DNA from: an uncultured Bacilli bacterium
Lineage (GTDB): Bacteria > Bacillota_I > Bacilli_A > RF39 > UBA660
Length of the DNA: 44,414 nt
Assembly: GCA_947630415.1 (NCBI GenBank)
Contig: CANRHM010000001.1
Location: forward strand, 1-44,414
Reading direction: 5' to 3'
The notes beneath the pieces were generated by a model that saw nothing but the letters and a program-made list of their open reading frames with translations, searched no databases and had not been told where the DNA came from. This document shows positions 33,918-43,214 of the stretch, one piece after another (position 1 is the stretch's first letter; every line of letters begins with the position of its first letter). Made by a program: the position numbers and the translations under genes.

Positions 33918-35273
33918 ATGAACGATACCATTGTGGCTATTTCTACTGCTTTAGGCGTAGGTGCTATTTCCATTGTAAGAGTAAGTGGAAAAGACGCGAT
34001 TAAAATAGTGAATAAACAATTCAAAGGAAAAAATTTAGAAAAAGTATCTTCTCATACTATTCACTATGGCTATATTGTGGATAAAGAAGAAGTGATTGAT
34101 GAAGTTTTAGTTTCTATTATGAAAGCACCTAAGACCTTTACCAAAGAAGATGTCGTTGAAATCAATTGTCATGGTGGAATTACCACTACTAATAAAATAT
34201 TAGAATTAATGCTTACCAAAGGATGCCGTCTTGCCGAACCTGGAGAGTTCACCAAAAGAGCTTTTTTAAATGGGCGAATTGATTTAGTTAATGCCGAAGC
34301 AGTTATGGATTTAATCAATGTTAAAACAGAGACAGCTCGAAAAGGTGCTATTCATGCACTTGAAGGACATATTAGTAAATATATTCGTGATTTAAGACAA
34401 GAAATACTAGAGATTTTAGCTTCGATTGAAGTAAATATTGATTATCCAGAATACGAAGATATTGAAATTATGACCAATCAAAAATTAGTACCAAAAATCA
34501 AAAAAGTTAAAGAGTCTTTAAAGCAAATTATTGAAAAGAGTGAACATAGTCAAATTTTAAAAGAAGGTATTAAAACCGTTATAGTAGGTAGGCCAAATGT
34601 TGGAAAAAGTAGTTTACTTAATCATTTAATTAATGAAGATAAAGCCATTGTTACGGATATTGAAGGAACTACAAGAGATATTGTCGAAGGTGAAATTAAT
34701 CTAGATGGTATTCCTTTATCCTTAATCGATACAGCAGGAATTAGGACCACCGATAATATTATTGAAAAAATAGGTGTTGATAAAAGTATTCATTTAATCG
34801 AAGAAGCGGATTTAGTTATTGTTGTTTTAAATAACAATGAACCTTTAACTAAAGAAGATCAAGAAATATTAGATAAAGTCCAAAATAAAACTGTTATCGT
34901 GGCTGTTAATAAAATTGATTTAGAAAATAAATTGGATATGAAAAAATTAGAAGACTATCCATTAATTCAAATGAGTGTATCCGAAAACAAAGGAATCGAA
35001 GAATTAAAAAATAAAATAAAAGAATTATTTCATCTATCCAAAATTACGCAAGGTGATTATAATTATTTATCGAATGTACGACAAATTGCCCTTGCTAAAG
35101 AATCTTTATCTATATTAGATGAAGTGGAACAAGGAATTGCTGATGAAATGCCTATCGATATGGTTGAAATTGATTTAAAAAGAGCTTGGGATAAATTAGG
35201 AGAAATTATAGGGGAGACTTATACCGAAGAATTACTAGATCAACTCTTTAGTCAGTTCTGTTTAGGTAAGTAA
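33918..35273 (+). CDS. mnmE: tRNA modification GTPase MnmE
   Basis: GRPNVGKSSLLN G1, DTAGIR G3, NKIDL G4 and the C-terminal FCLGK. Confidence 0.95.
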   Translation: MNDTIVAISTALGVGAISIVRVSGKDAIKIVNKQFKGKNLEKVSSHTIHYGYIVDKEEVIDEVLVSIMKAPKTFTKEDVVEINCHGGITTTNKILELMLTKGCRLAEPGEFTKRAFLNGRIDLVNAEAVMDLINVKTETARKGAIHALEGHISKYIRDLRQEILEILASIEVNIDYPEYEDIEIMTNQKLVPKIKKVKESLKQIIEKSEHSQILKEGIKTVIVGRPNVGKSSLLNHLINEDKAIVTDIEGTTRDIVEGEINLDGIPLSLIDTAGIRTTDNIIEKIGVDKSIHLIEEADLVIVVLNNNEPLTKEDQEILDKVQNKTVIVAVNKIDLENKLDMKKLEDYPLIQMSVSENKGIEELKNKIKELFHLSKITQGDYNYLSNVRQIALAKESLSILDEVEQGIADEMPIDMVEIDLKRAWDKLGEIIGETYTEELLDQLFSQFCLGK

Positions 35274-35275
35274 AT

Positions 35276-35291
35276 TATTTCCCGGGAAATA
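35276..35291. other. NBS (Noc-binding site), perfect 16/16 within a 24-bp palindrome
   Basis: TATTTCCCGGGAAATA. The palindrome AAATTATTTCCCGGGAAATAATTT spans 35272-35295 and overlaps the mnmE stop. Confidence 0.75.
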
Positions 35292-35317
35292 ATTTTAGTT
35301 CAAAAAAGGAAGTGAAA

Positions 35318-37174
35318 ATGATGCAATACGATATTATAGTAGTAGGGGGAGGACATGCTGGATGTGAAGCCTCTTTAGCTTCTGCTAGATTAGGTAATAA
35401 AACTTTATTAGTTACAGGAAATATAAAAAATATTGCCGATATGCCTTGTAATCCTTCAATTGGAGGACCTGCCAAAGGAATTATTGTTCGTGAAATTGAT
35501 GCTTTAGGGGGAGAAATGGCGAATAATATCGACCATAGTTCACTTCAAATGAAAATGCTCAATACGAAAAAAGGTCCTGCTGTTCAAGCTTTACGTGCTC
35601 AAGGAGATAAAATCACGTATCCGAAAGCTATGTTAGAAACATTAAAAAGTACTAAAAACTTAGAAATAAAAGAATCTCTTGTGGAACATCTTAAGGTAGA
35701 AGATCAAAAAATTAAAGGAGTCATTCTAGAAGATGGAAAATTTATTGAGAGTAAAGCCGTTATTCTAACAACAGGTACTTATTTAAAAGGTATGGTTTTG
35801 GTAGGAAGTAAGAAGACTCCAAGTGGTCCTCATGGAGAACGTGATGTTAAATTTTTAAGTGATGATTTAAGAAATTTAGGATTTACTATTCAACGTTTAA
35901 AAACAGGAACTCCACCAAGATTAGAGAAAGATAGTATTGATTTTTCGAAAACACAATTAGAACCAGGGGACGATACAACATATGCTTTTTCTTTCGATAA
36001 TGAACCTATGTATCAAAAAGAAGATCAAGTGCCTTGTCATTTAGTTTATTCGAACCAAAAGACCCATGAAATTATTCGTGCTCATTTAAAAGAGTCGAGT
36101 ATGTATGGAGGTTATGTAGAAGGAATAGGTCCAAGATATTGTCCTTCGATTGAAGATAAGGTTGTGCGTTTTGCCGATAAAGAACGTCATCAATTATTTT
36201 TAGAGCCAGAGAGTTTGTATTATGATGATATCTATTTACAAGGATTTTCTACTAGTATGCCTCATGAAGTGCAAGAAGAAATGGTTCATAGTATTGTAGG
36301 ATTAGAACATGCAAAAATTAAAAAATATGCCTATGCTATCGAATATGACGCCATTGATCCAACGCAATTAAAACAATCGCTTGAAACGAAAGTTGTAGAA
36401 AACTTATTCACAGCAGGTCAAATCAATGGAACAAGTGGATACGAAGAAGCAGCAGGGCAAGGTTTAATAGCAGGAATCAATGCTTCCCTAAAACTTCAAG
36501 GAAAAGATCCTCTTATTTTAAAAAGAAATGAAGCTTATATCGGTGTGCTTATTGATGACTTAGTAACGAAAGGAACCAAAGAACCTTATCGAATGCTTAC
36601 TTCAAGAGCGGAATATAGACTTTTGTTAAGACATGATAATGCCGATTTAAGACTACGTGAATATGGACACCAAATAGGTCTTATTAATGAAGAAAAATAT
36701 CAACGTTTTCAAAAAAAGAAACAACAGATTGAAGAAGTTATTAACTTATTAAAAGAATATAAGATAACCCCTAAAAAAGAAGTAAATGAGTACTTAGAAA
36801 AAGTAGGATCTACTCCTTTATTAGATGGAATGTATCTCTATGATTTATTAAAGCGACCAGAAATTACTTGTAAAGAAATAGAACATTTTATTACTTTAGA
36901 TTATCCTAAAGAAGTTCTTGATCAAGTAGAGATTCAAATTCGTTATGCAGGTTATATTGAAAAAGCCAATAAAGAAGCTGAAAAAATGCTATCACTTGAA
37001 AATATTAAAATACCAGTAGATATTGATTATAAAAAGATCAAAAACTTGGCTCATGAAGCCTTACAAAAATTAATGGATATTAGACCAACTTCTATTGGAC
37101 AAGCTTCTCGTATTAGTGGAGTTAATCCATCTGATATCGCGATTTTAAGTGTTTATTTAAAAAAACAGGGGTGA
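35318..37174 (+). CDS. mnmG: tRNA uridine 5-carboxymethylaminomethyl modification enzyme MnmG
   Basis: Start taken at MMQYDIIVVGGGHAGCEA (FAD motif), with RBS AGGAAGTGA. Confidence 0.95.
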   Translation: MMQYDIIVVGGGHAGCEASLASARLGNKTLLVTGNIKNIADMPCNPSIGGPAKGIIVREIDALGGEMANNIDHSSLQMKMLNTKKGPAVQALRAQGDKITYPKAMLETLKSTKNLEIKESLVEHLKVEDQKIKGVILEDGKFIESKAVILTTGTYLKGMVLVGSKKTPSGPHGERDVKFLSDDLRNLGFTIQRLKTGTPPRLEKDSIDFSKTQLEPGDDTTYAFSFDNEPMYQKEDQVPCHLVYSNQKTHEIIRAHLKESSMYGGYVEGIGPRYCPSIEDKVVRFADKERHQLFLEPESLYYDDIYLQGFSTSMPHEVQEEMVHSIVGLEHAKIKKYAYAIEYDAIDPTQLKQSLETKVVENLFTAGQINGTSGYEEAAGQGLIAGINASLKLQGKDPLILKRNEAYIGVLIDDLVTKGTKEPYRMLTSRAEYRLLLRHDNADLRLREYGHQIGLINEEKYQRFQKKKQQIEEVINLLKEYKITPKKEVNEYLEKVGSTPLLDGMYLYDLLKRPEITCKEIEHFITLDYPKEVLDQVEIQIRYAGYIEKANKEAEKMLSLENIKIPVDIDYKKIKNLAHEALQKLMDIRPTSIGQASRISGVNPSDIAILSVYLKKQG

Positions 37175-37178
37175 TACT

Positions 37179-37883
37179 TTGAACTTACAAGAATTTATAG
37201 AAGAAGTGCGCCTTCTTGGAATTGAACTAAATGAAAAACAATTGCAACAATTAGAAGAGTACTATGAACTTTTAATTACCTGGAATGAAAAAATAAATCT
37301 AACTCGAATTACAGAAAAAGAGGACGTCTATTTAAAACACTTTTACGATAGTATAACCTTGGTTAAAGCCATCGATTTAAATAAAGTACAAAATCTTTGT
37401 GATATAGGTACAGGTGCAGGTTTTCCAGGACTCGTTTTAAAAATTGTTTTTCCAAATTTAAAAGTAACTCTAATTGATGCTTTAAATAAACGAATTATCT
37501 TTTTAAATGAAGTAATTCAAAAATTAGGACTTAAAGATATTGAAGCCATTCATGAAAGAGGAGAAGATTTTGCAAGAAAAAAACGTGAATCTTACGACGT
37601 TGTAACAGCAAGAGCCGTAAAAGAACTACGTATTATTATGGAAATTTGTATTCCTTTAGTTAAAGAACAAGGCTACTTTATTCCGATGAAAGCTAATGTC
37701 GAAGAAGAAATAACATCAGCAAAAGGTGCTTTTGAAAAATTAGACTGTACCTTAGAAGAAAAAATAACGTTTACTTTACCGAAAGAAGAAAGTCTTCGAA
37801 CATTATTAAAAATAAAGAAAGAAAAAAAGACTTCTATGAAATATCCTAGGAGCAACGATAAAATCGAAAAAATAGCATTGTAA
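37179..37883 (+). CDS. rsmG: 16S rRNA (guanine527-N7)-methyltransferase
   Basis: TTG start after GGGGTGA. DIGTGAGFPGLVLKI SAM motif. Confidence 0.9.
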   Translation: MNLQEFIEEVRLLGIELNEKQLQQLEEYYELLITWNEKINLTRITEKEDVYLKHFYDSITLVKAIDLNKVQNLCDIGTGAGFPGLVLKIVFPNLKVTLIDALNKRIIFLNEVIQKLGLKDIEAIHERGEDFARKKRESYDVVTARAVKELRIIMEICIPLVKEQGYFIPMKANVEEEITSAKGAFEKLDCTLEEKITFTLPKEESLRTLLKIKKEKKTSMKYPRSNDKIEKIAL

Positions 37884-37906
37884 AAAAAAAGAAAATCAAG
37901 TATAAT
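37878..37906 (+). promoter_or_regulatory. putative sigma-A promoter of noc
   Basis: TTGTAA(37878-83)-17 nt-TATAAT(37901-06). Confidence 0.5.
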
Positions 37907-37951
37907 GATACCATAGGGAAAATAAAAAGAATAAAAAGTGAGGTAATAATT

Positions 37952-39304
37952 ATGGATATGGAGAAAGAAATTGTCGATTTATTAGTGGATGATATTATCC
38001 CAAACCGCTTTCAACCTCGTGAAGTTTTTGATGAAAAAGCTTTACAAGAATTAGCCGCATCCATAAAAGAACATGGGGTTATTCAACCGATTATTGTTCG
38101 TAAAATCAATGATAAGTATGAAATCATCGCAGGAGAGCGAAGATATAAAGCATCGATTATGGCTGGACTTAATAAAATTCCTGCAATCATCCGTAATTTA
38201 GATGATAAAGAAAGTTCTAAAGTTGCCTTACTTGAAAACTTACAAAGAAAAGATTTAAGTGCGATTGAAGAAGCAAGAACCTATCAAAAAATTCTAGACC
38301 TAGATAATATGACGCAAGAAGAATTAGGAAAAACAATGGGTAAGAGTCAAGCGGCTGTTGCTAATAAATTACGTTTACTTGCTTTACCAGATGAAGTTCA
38401 AGAAGCTTTATTAAATAATAAGATTTCAGAACGTCATGCAAGAAGTTTATTAAATGTAAGTGATAAAGAAAAGCAAATTGAGTTATTGAATAAAATTATT
38501 GAAAATAAAATGACGGTTCGTGATTTAGAAACTGAAATAAAAGCACTTAATGGAAATCCAACGGAGCCTACATTAATTATTGAAGAACCACCTCAAGCTA
38601 AAGAAGCAAGTTCTTTCATAACTATTCCAGATATGAATCCAGAATTAAAAACGGATAATCCAAGTACTCCTTTAGTGGATGAAATAAAAACTACCTTACC
38701 AGAGGCACCTGTTGAAACTAATCCTAGTAGGACTGTAGATTCATTAGTAGCACCAACCACTCAAAGTGAAGCATCTCCAGTAGAAAGTAACCATGAAGCA
38801 ACTTCTAATTTCCGGTTTATTCCTACTTTTGAAGAGGATAAAGAAGTAGAAGTTGAATCTGCACCTGCACCTAAAGTAGAAACGACTCCTAACTTTGATT
38901 TCTTAGCCAATACAACTATCCAATCGAGTGATGATTCTACAGAGGGAGGTACTACTTCTAGTGTTACACCTTCGTTACCACCAAAAGATGATATCGAAAG
39001 TCTAGAAGATGAACCTAAAAATCCTGAACCATATCAACCATTTACCAATACAGCAAACCTACTTAACGAATTTCATATGAAAAATGAAAATAAAGAGGTA
39101 GAACCTATTTCATCAACGATTCAAACACCTATCTCATTTGAAGCTGAAACACCAGTAAATGAAATTCCAAATTTAAGAACTGCTATCAATACCATTCGTG
39201 ATTTAGCTAAAAAATTAGAAGATAACGGATTTGTAGTCAACCTTGATGAAATGGATTTTGAAAATAAATATCAAATTAATATCAGTATTGATAAAAATAA
39301 ATAA
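37952..39304 (+). CDS. noc: Noc-like ParB-family protein with a ~200-aa low-complexity insertion (450 aa)
   Basis: DIIPNRFQPR, GERRYKAS (CTP-binding box) and an HTH GKSQAAVANKLRLL...ISERHARSL like B. subtilis Noc (GKGQSTIANKLRLL...ITERHARAL, from memory). C-terminal AINTIRDLAKKLEDNGFVVNLDEMDFENKYQINISI. Position rsmG-noc-parA-parB is as in Bacillus. Confidence 0.8.
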   Translation: MDMEKEIVDLLVDDIIPNRFQPREVFDEKALQELAASIKEHGVIQPIIVRKINDKYEIIAGERRYKASIMAGLNKIPAIIRNLDDKESSKVALLENLQRKDLSAIEEARTYQKILDLDNMTQEELGKTMGKSQAAVANKLRLLALPDEVQEALLNNKISERHARSLLNVSDKEKQIELLNKIIENKMTVRDLETEIKALNGNPTEPTLIIEEPPQAKEASSFITIPDMNPELKTDNPSTPLVDEIKTTLPEAPVETNPSRTVDSLVAPTTQSEASPVESNHEATSNFRFIPTFEEDKEVEVESAPAPKVETTPNFDFLANTTIQSSDDSTEGGTTSSVTPSLPPKDDIESLEDEPKNPEPYQPFTNTANLLNEFHMKNENKEVEPISSTIQTPISFEAETPVNEIPNLRTAINTIRDLAKKLEDNGFVVNLDEMDFENKYQINISIDKNK

Positions 39305-39328
39305 GAGATTCTTACGAATCTTTTTTTT
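39304..39328 (+). terminator. intrinsic terminator after noc
   Basis: AGATTC-TTAC-GAATCT followed by T8. Confidence 0.8.
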
Positions 39329-39420
39329 GAAAATAAAATCAAAAAAAGGAGGGAAAAGCATTTCCTAAAATGACAAATTTTGATACAATAGAGATACGTA
39401 AAAAGAAAAGGTGATCATAG

Positions 39421-40209
39421 ATGGGAAAGATAATAGCATTAGTTAATCAAAAAGGTGGCGTAGGAAAAACAACAACAAGCATTAATCTTTCTGCATCACT
39501 TGCTCTATTAGGTAAAAAAGTTTTGATGATCGATTTAGATCCTCAAGGAAATGCTACTACGGGAGTAGGAATTAACAAAGGTGATATTACCAAAAGCGTT
39601 TATGATGTTCTTACTCAAAAATGTCCCATTCAAGAAGCTATTAAGAAAACAAAATACAAAAATTTATCGATTTTACCAGCCACTATAAATTTAGCTGGAG
39701 TCGATATTGAATTATTGGAAAAAAGCAAAGAAGAGCCTGGTTTTGCCAAAGGAATGCCTTTAAAAAATGCTCTTCAACCAGTTATCGATGAATATAATTA
39801 TATTATTATTGATTGTCCACCTTCATTAGGACTCATTACAACAAATGCTCTAACCGCTGCGAACTCGGTTATTATTCCGGTACAATGTGAATTCTTTGCA
39901 CTAGAAGGAATTACCCAATTATTGAAAACGATTATGTTAGCACAAAAGAATCTTAATCCTAACTTAAATATTGAAGGGGTTCTATTAACAATGTTAGATT
40001 CTAGAACAAATCTAGGAATCGAAGTAGTAGAAGAAATAAGAAAATATTTTAAAGAACGTGTTTACAATACGATTATTCCAAGATTGGTTCGCTTAACCGA
40101 AGCCCCATCGCATGGAAAACCGATTATTGCATATGATCCAAAAAGTAGAGGATCAGAAGCGTATCTCAATTTAGCAAAGGAAGTGATTGAACGAAATGGA
40201 AACATCTAA
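39421..40209 (+). CDS. parA: ParA/Soj chromosome-partitioning ATPase
   Basis: Deviant Walker A NQKGGVGKTTT, DLDPQGN and IIIDCPPSL. Confidence 0.95.
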   Translation: MGKIIALVNQKGGVGKTTTSINLSASLALLGKKVLMIDLDPQGNATTGVGINKGDITKSVYDVLTQKCPIQEAIKKTKYKNLSILPATINLAGVDIELLEKSKEEPGFAKGMPLKNALQPVIDEYNYIIIDCPPSLGLITTNALTAANSVIIPVQCEFFALEGITQLLKTIMLAQKNLNPNLNIEGVLLTMLDSRTNLGIEVVEEIRKYFKERVYNTIIPRLVRLTEAPSHGKPIIAYDPKSRGSEAYLNLAKEVIERNGNI

Positions 40210-41083
40210 AAGACGTGCCTTAGGAAGAGGTCTTGAAGAATTATTCAATAATGAACCGATTGACTATAATCAAATCGAAGAACGTATTATTACTTCAACT
40301 CCTAAGGATGAAATTGTCGAAATCAAATTAAGTGAATTAAGAAGTAATCCTTATCAGCCAAGAAAAGTCTTTGATGAAAAAGCCCTTCAAGAATTAGCAG
40401 CATCAATCAAAGAGCATGGTGTATTCCAACCAATTATTGCTAAGAAAAGTATCAAAGGATACGAAATTATTGCAGGTGAACGAAGAGTAAAAGCATCACG
40501 CCTTGCTGGAAAAGAAACCATTCCTGCTATTATTCGTGATTTTACGGATGAAGAAATGATGGAGATTGCCCTTCTTGAAAATCTTCAAAGAGAAAACTTA
40601 AATGCCATGGAAGAAGCAACCGCTTATCGTAAATTATTACAAGAATTAAATATTACTCAAGATGAATTAGCCTCTCGTATTGGAAAAAGTAGAAGTCATA
40701 TTACCAATATGTTAGGTTTATTAACCCTTCCAGAAGAAGTCAAAAACATGCTTTTAGAAGATAAAATTTCGATGAGTCACGCTCGTGTATTAAGTAAAAT
40801 CGAAGATAGTAACAAAGTAATTAGTCTTGCTAATCGTGTTTATAATGAAGGATTAAACGTTCGTATCTTAGAAGATTTGGCTTCTTCTAACGACTTAAAA
40901 AAGAAAAATAAAATCGTAAGACATCATGTTCATGAAAATGAATACCATTATTTAGAAGAACAACTAACCGAAAAACTAGGAACTAAAGTAAAAATCAAAA
41001 ACAATCATATGATGATTAGTTTTGCTAATACCAACGATTTAAATCGTATTTTAGAAATTATGGGTATGACGTACGACGAATAA
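40196..41083 (+). CDS. parB: ParB/Spo0J chromosome-partitioning protein
   Basis: Start taken at METSKRRALGRGLEELF (ParA-interaction motif). NPYQPRKVF, GERRVKAS and an HTH GKSRSHITNMLGLL (Arg as in parS-specific ParB). Confidence 0.9.
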   Translation: METSKRRALGRGLEELFNNEPIDYNQIEERIITSTPKDEIVEIKLSELRSNPYQPRKVFDEKALQELAASIKEHGVFQPIIAKKSIKGYEIIAGERRVKASRLAGKETIPAIIRDFTDEEMMEIALLENLQRENLNAMEEATAYRKLLQELNITQDELASRIGKSRSHITNMLGLLTLPEEVKNMLLEDKISMSHARVLSKIEDSNKVISLANRVYNEGLNVRILEDLASSNDLKKKNKIVRHHVHENEYHYLEEQLTEKLGTKVKIKNNHMMISFANTNDLNRILEIMGMTYDE

Positions 41084-41099
41084 TTAGAAGGAGGTTCTA

Positions 41100-41288
41100 A
41101 TGGAGAACAATAATTATCAATTAGGAACCAAAGTAACCATGAAAAAAGTACATCCTTGTGGTAGTAGTGACTGGGAAATTGTCCGTGTCGGGGTCGATAT
41201 CAAAATCAAATGTCTAGGCTGTGGAAGAATTGTCTCTATCCCAAGAATTGAATTTAATAAAAAGATAAAGAAGATAATTACTTTATAA
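41100..41288 (+). CDS. DUF951-family small protein (YyzM-like)
   Basis: 62 aa with HPCGSSDWEIVRVGVDIKIKCLGCGR (Cys-rich). Conserved position after parB. Confidence 0.7.
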   Translation: MENNNYQLGTKVTMKKVHPCGSSDWEIVRVGVDIKIKCLGCGRIVSIPRIEFNKKIKKIITL

Positions 41289-41302
41289 AGAAGGGGACAA
41301 AG

Positions 41303-42916
41303 ATGAAAGAAAAAAAGAAATTAAGATTAAAGAAATTCCACTTACATCCAATTACCTCCATGATTTTAATGATCTTGTTTGTAATTGTTTTAAGTGGAAT
41401 CTTCTCTTTATTAGAAGTACAGGCAACGTATAGCCGGATCAATACTTCGACCAAACAATTAGAAAGTGTTTTAATCACTGTTAATAATTTATTTAATTAT
41501 GATGGATTAAAATATATCGTTAGTAATGCCGCTAAAAACTTTATTAGTTTTACACCACTAAGTACTCTACTAATTGCTTTGATTGGTTTAAGTGTAGCAG
41601 AAGCTTCCGGATTATTTGAAACGTTTATTAAGAGACATCTTGTAAAATTAGATAATCGTGTTATTACTTTTACTCTTATTTTTCTTGCTACCATTTCAAG
41701 TATTATCAACGATGTTGGATATGTTATTTTAATACCATTAGGTGCGATTCTCTTTTTAGCCAACAACCGAAATCCTTTAGCAGGAATTATTGCTGCATTT
41801 TCAGGTGCTTCTTTTGGATACGGTGTTACGGTCTTTGTGGGATCCAGTGAAGTAAACTTAATTCCTATTACCAGTCAGGCAGCTAGTCTTATCGATTCTT
41901 CTTTAATGGAAGGAATCAGTCATATTAGCCTAACTTCTAACTTATTCATTATTATAGCTACATCCATCATTTTATCGTTAGTAGGAACTTTAGTTATTGA
42001 AAAAATTGTAATTCCTAAATTAGGTCGTTACAAAGAACGTCCAGAGACCGTAGAATCTACAACTGATATTCAAATTGTTGATATCGAAGAAGAAGAACAA
42101 AAGAAACTTGAAACCGAATTAAATGAGAAAAAAGGTTTACGTTATGCTGGAATTGCGGCGCTTATTCTCTTCTTTGTCTTTGTCTATTCTTTAATTCCAG
42201 GACTTCCTTTTTCAGGAATTTTACTAGATACAGAACAAAGTGCTTATGTAGATCAATTATTTGGAACGAATTCTTATTTTCAAGAAGGATTTACTTTCTT
42301 AGTTTCCCTTTTCTTTATGGTAGTAGGTTATGCCTATGGAAAAGGAGCCAAAACCTTTAAGAATCAACGAGATATGTTTGAAAAATCAAAAGAATCTTTA
42401 AAAAATGTCGGCAGTATTGTCGTTATGATTTTCTTTGCATCTCAATTAATTTCGATTTTCCGTCAAACCAATATAGGAAACATCATTACTGCGTGGGGAG
42501 CTAATATTATTAGTAATTTATCCTTTACAGGTATTCCATTAATTTTATTAACCATTGTTGTCATTGCTGTTGCTAACTTATTTGTAACAACCCCAGTATT
42601 AAAATGGAATATTTTAGCTCCTGTGGTGGTACCTAGTTTAATGCAATCGAATATTACACCTCAATTTGCACAATTTATTTTACGTGCTGGAGATTCGATG
42701 ACCAAAGGCTTTACTCCTTTACTAGCGTACTTTGTCATCTACATTGCTTATTTAAATATCTATAATAAAAAGAAAGATACACCGATTACCATTAAACAAT
42801 CGATTTCATGGCTTCTTCCTTATGGAGGAATCATGTGCATTACTTGGATTTTGATTATTCTAGGTTGGTATTTGATTGGACTACCACTTGGACCGGGTGT
42901 ATTTCCAACTGCCTAA
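41303..42916 (+). CDS. AbgT-family transporter
   Basis: 537 aa with about 12 or more TM. N-terminal region FTPLSTLLIALIGLSVAEASGLFETFIKR resembles the AbgT/MtrF family. Confidence 0.7.
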   Translation: MKEKKKLRLKKFHLHPITSMILMILFVIVLSGIFSLLEVQATYSRINTSTKQLESVLITVNNLFNYDGLKYIVSNAAKNFISFTPLSTLLIALIGLSVAEASGLFETFIKRHLVKLDNRVITFTLIFLATISSIINDVGYVILIPLGAILFLANNRNPLAGIIAAFSGASFGYGVTVFVGSSEVNLIPITSQAASLIDSSLMEGISHISLTSNLFIIIATSIILSLVGTLVIEKIVIPKLGRYKERPETVESTTDIQIVDIEEEEQKKLETELNEKKGLRYAGIAALILFFVFVYSLIPGLPFSGILLDTEQSAYVDQLFGTNSYFQEGFTFLVSLFFMVVGYAYGKGAKTFKNQRDMFEKSKESLKNVGSIVVMIFFASQLISIFRQTNIGNIITAWGANIISNLSFTGIPLILLTIVVIAVANLFVTTPVLKWNILAPVVVPSLMQSNITPQFAQFILRAGDSMTKGFTPLLAYFVIYIAYLNIYNKKKDTPITIKQSISWLLPYGGIMCITWILIILGWYLIGLPLGPGVFPTA

Positions 42917-42930
42917 AGGGGGTTAAATAT

Positions 42931-43137
42931 ATGAAAAATTTAAGAATTGCAGCTGAACATGTTGTTGCTACTTTAGATCGTTTGGATGATATCGTTTTAG
43001 GTTCGTTAGTTGAAACACCAAAAACGAAATTAGATTTAACAACTCCCGTTACAGCGTATCCAAAAAAAGTGGCGGAAAGTGTATATCCCACTGAAGAGAT
43101 TCAAAAAGAATGCGAAAAATATTTATTTAAAAGATAA
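42931..43137 (+). CDS. small hypothetical cytoplasmic protein (68 aa)
   Basis: Start moved to MKNLRIAAEH (RBS AAGGGGG). The upstream part of the track ORF overlaps the abgT 3' end. Confidence 0.5.
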   Translation: MKNLRIAAEHVVATLDRLDDIVLGSLVETPKTKLDLTTPVTAYPKKVAESVYPTEEIQKECEKYLFKR

Positions 43138-43158
43138 GAGGAAAAACCTCTTTTTTCT
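43136..43158 (+). terminator. intrinsic terminator
   Basis: AAGAGG-AAAAA-CCTCTT followed by a T-run. Confidence 0.65.
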
Positions 43159-43214
43159 TTCTAAAAGAAGAGGGGTATGCTATAATAACTATTGAAAAAG
43201 AAAGAGGTATGTAT

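Noticed and set aside
35275-35475. 66-aa minus-strand ORF at the mnmE/mnmG junction
   Set aside because: It is antisense to the mnmG FAD-binding N-terminus and overlaps the NBS palindrome. It is a chance ORF.
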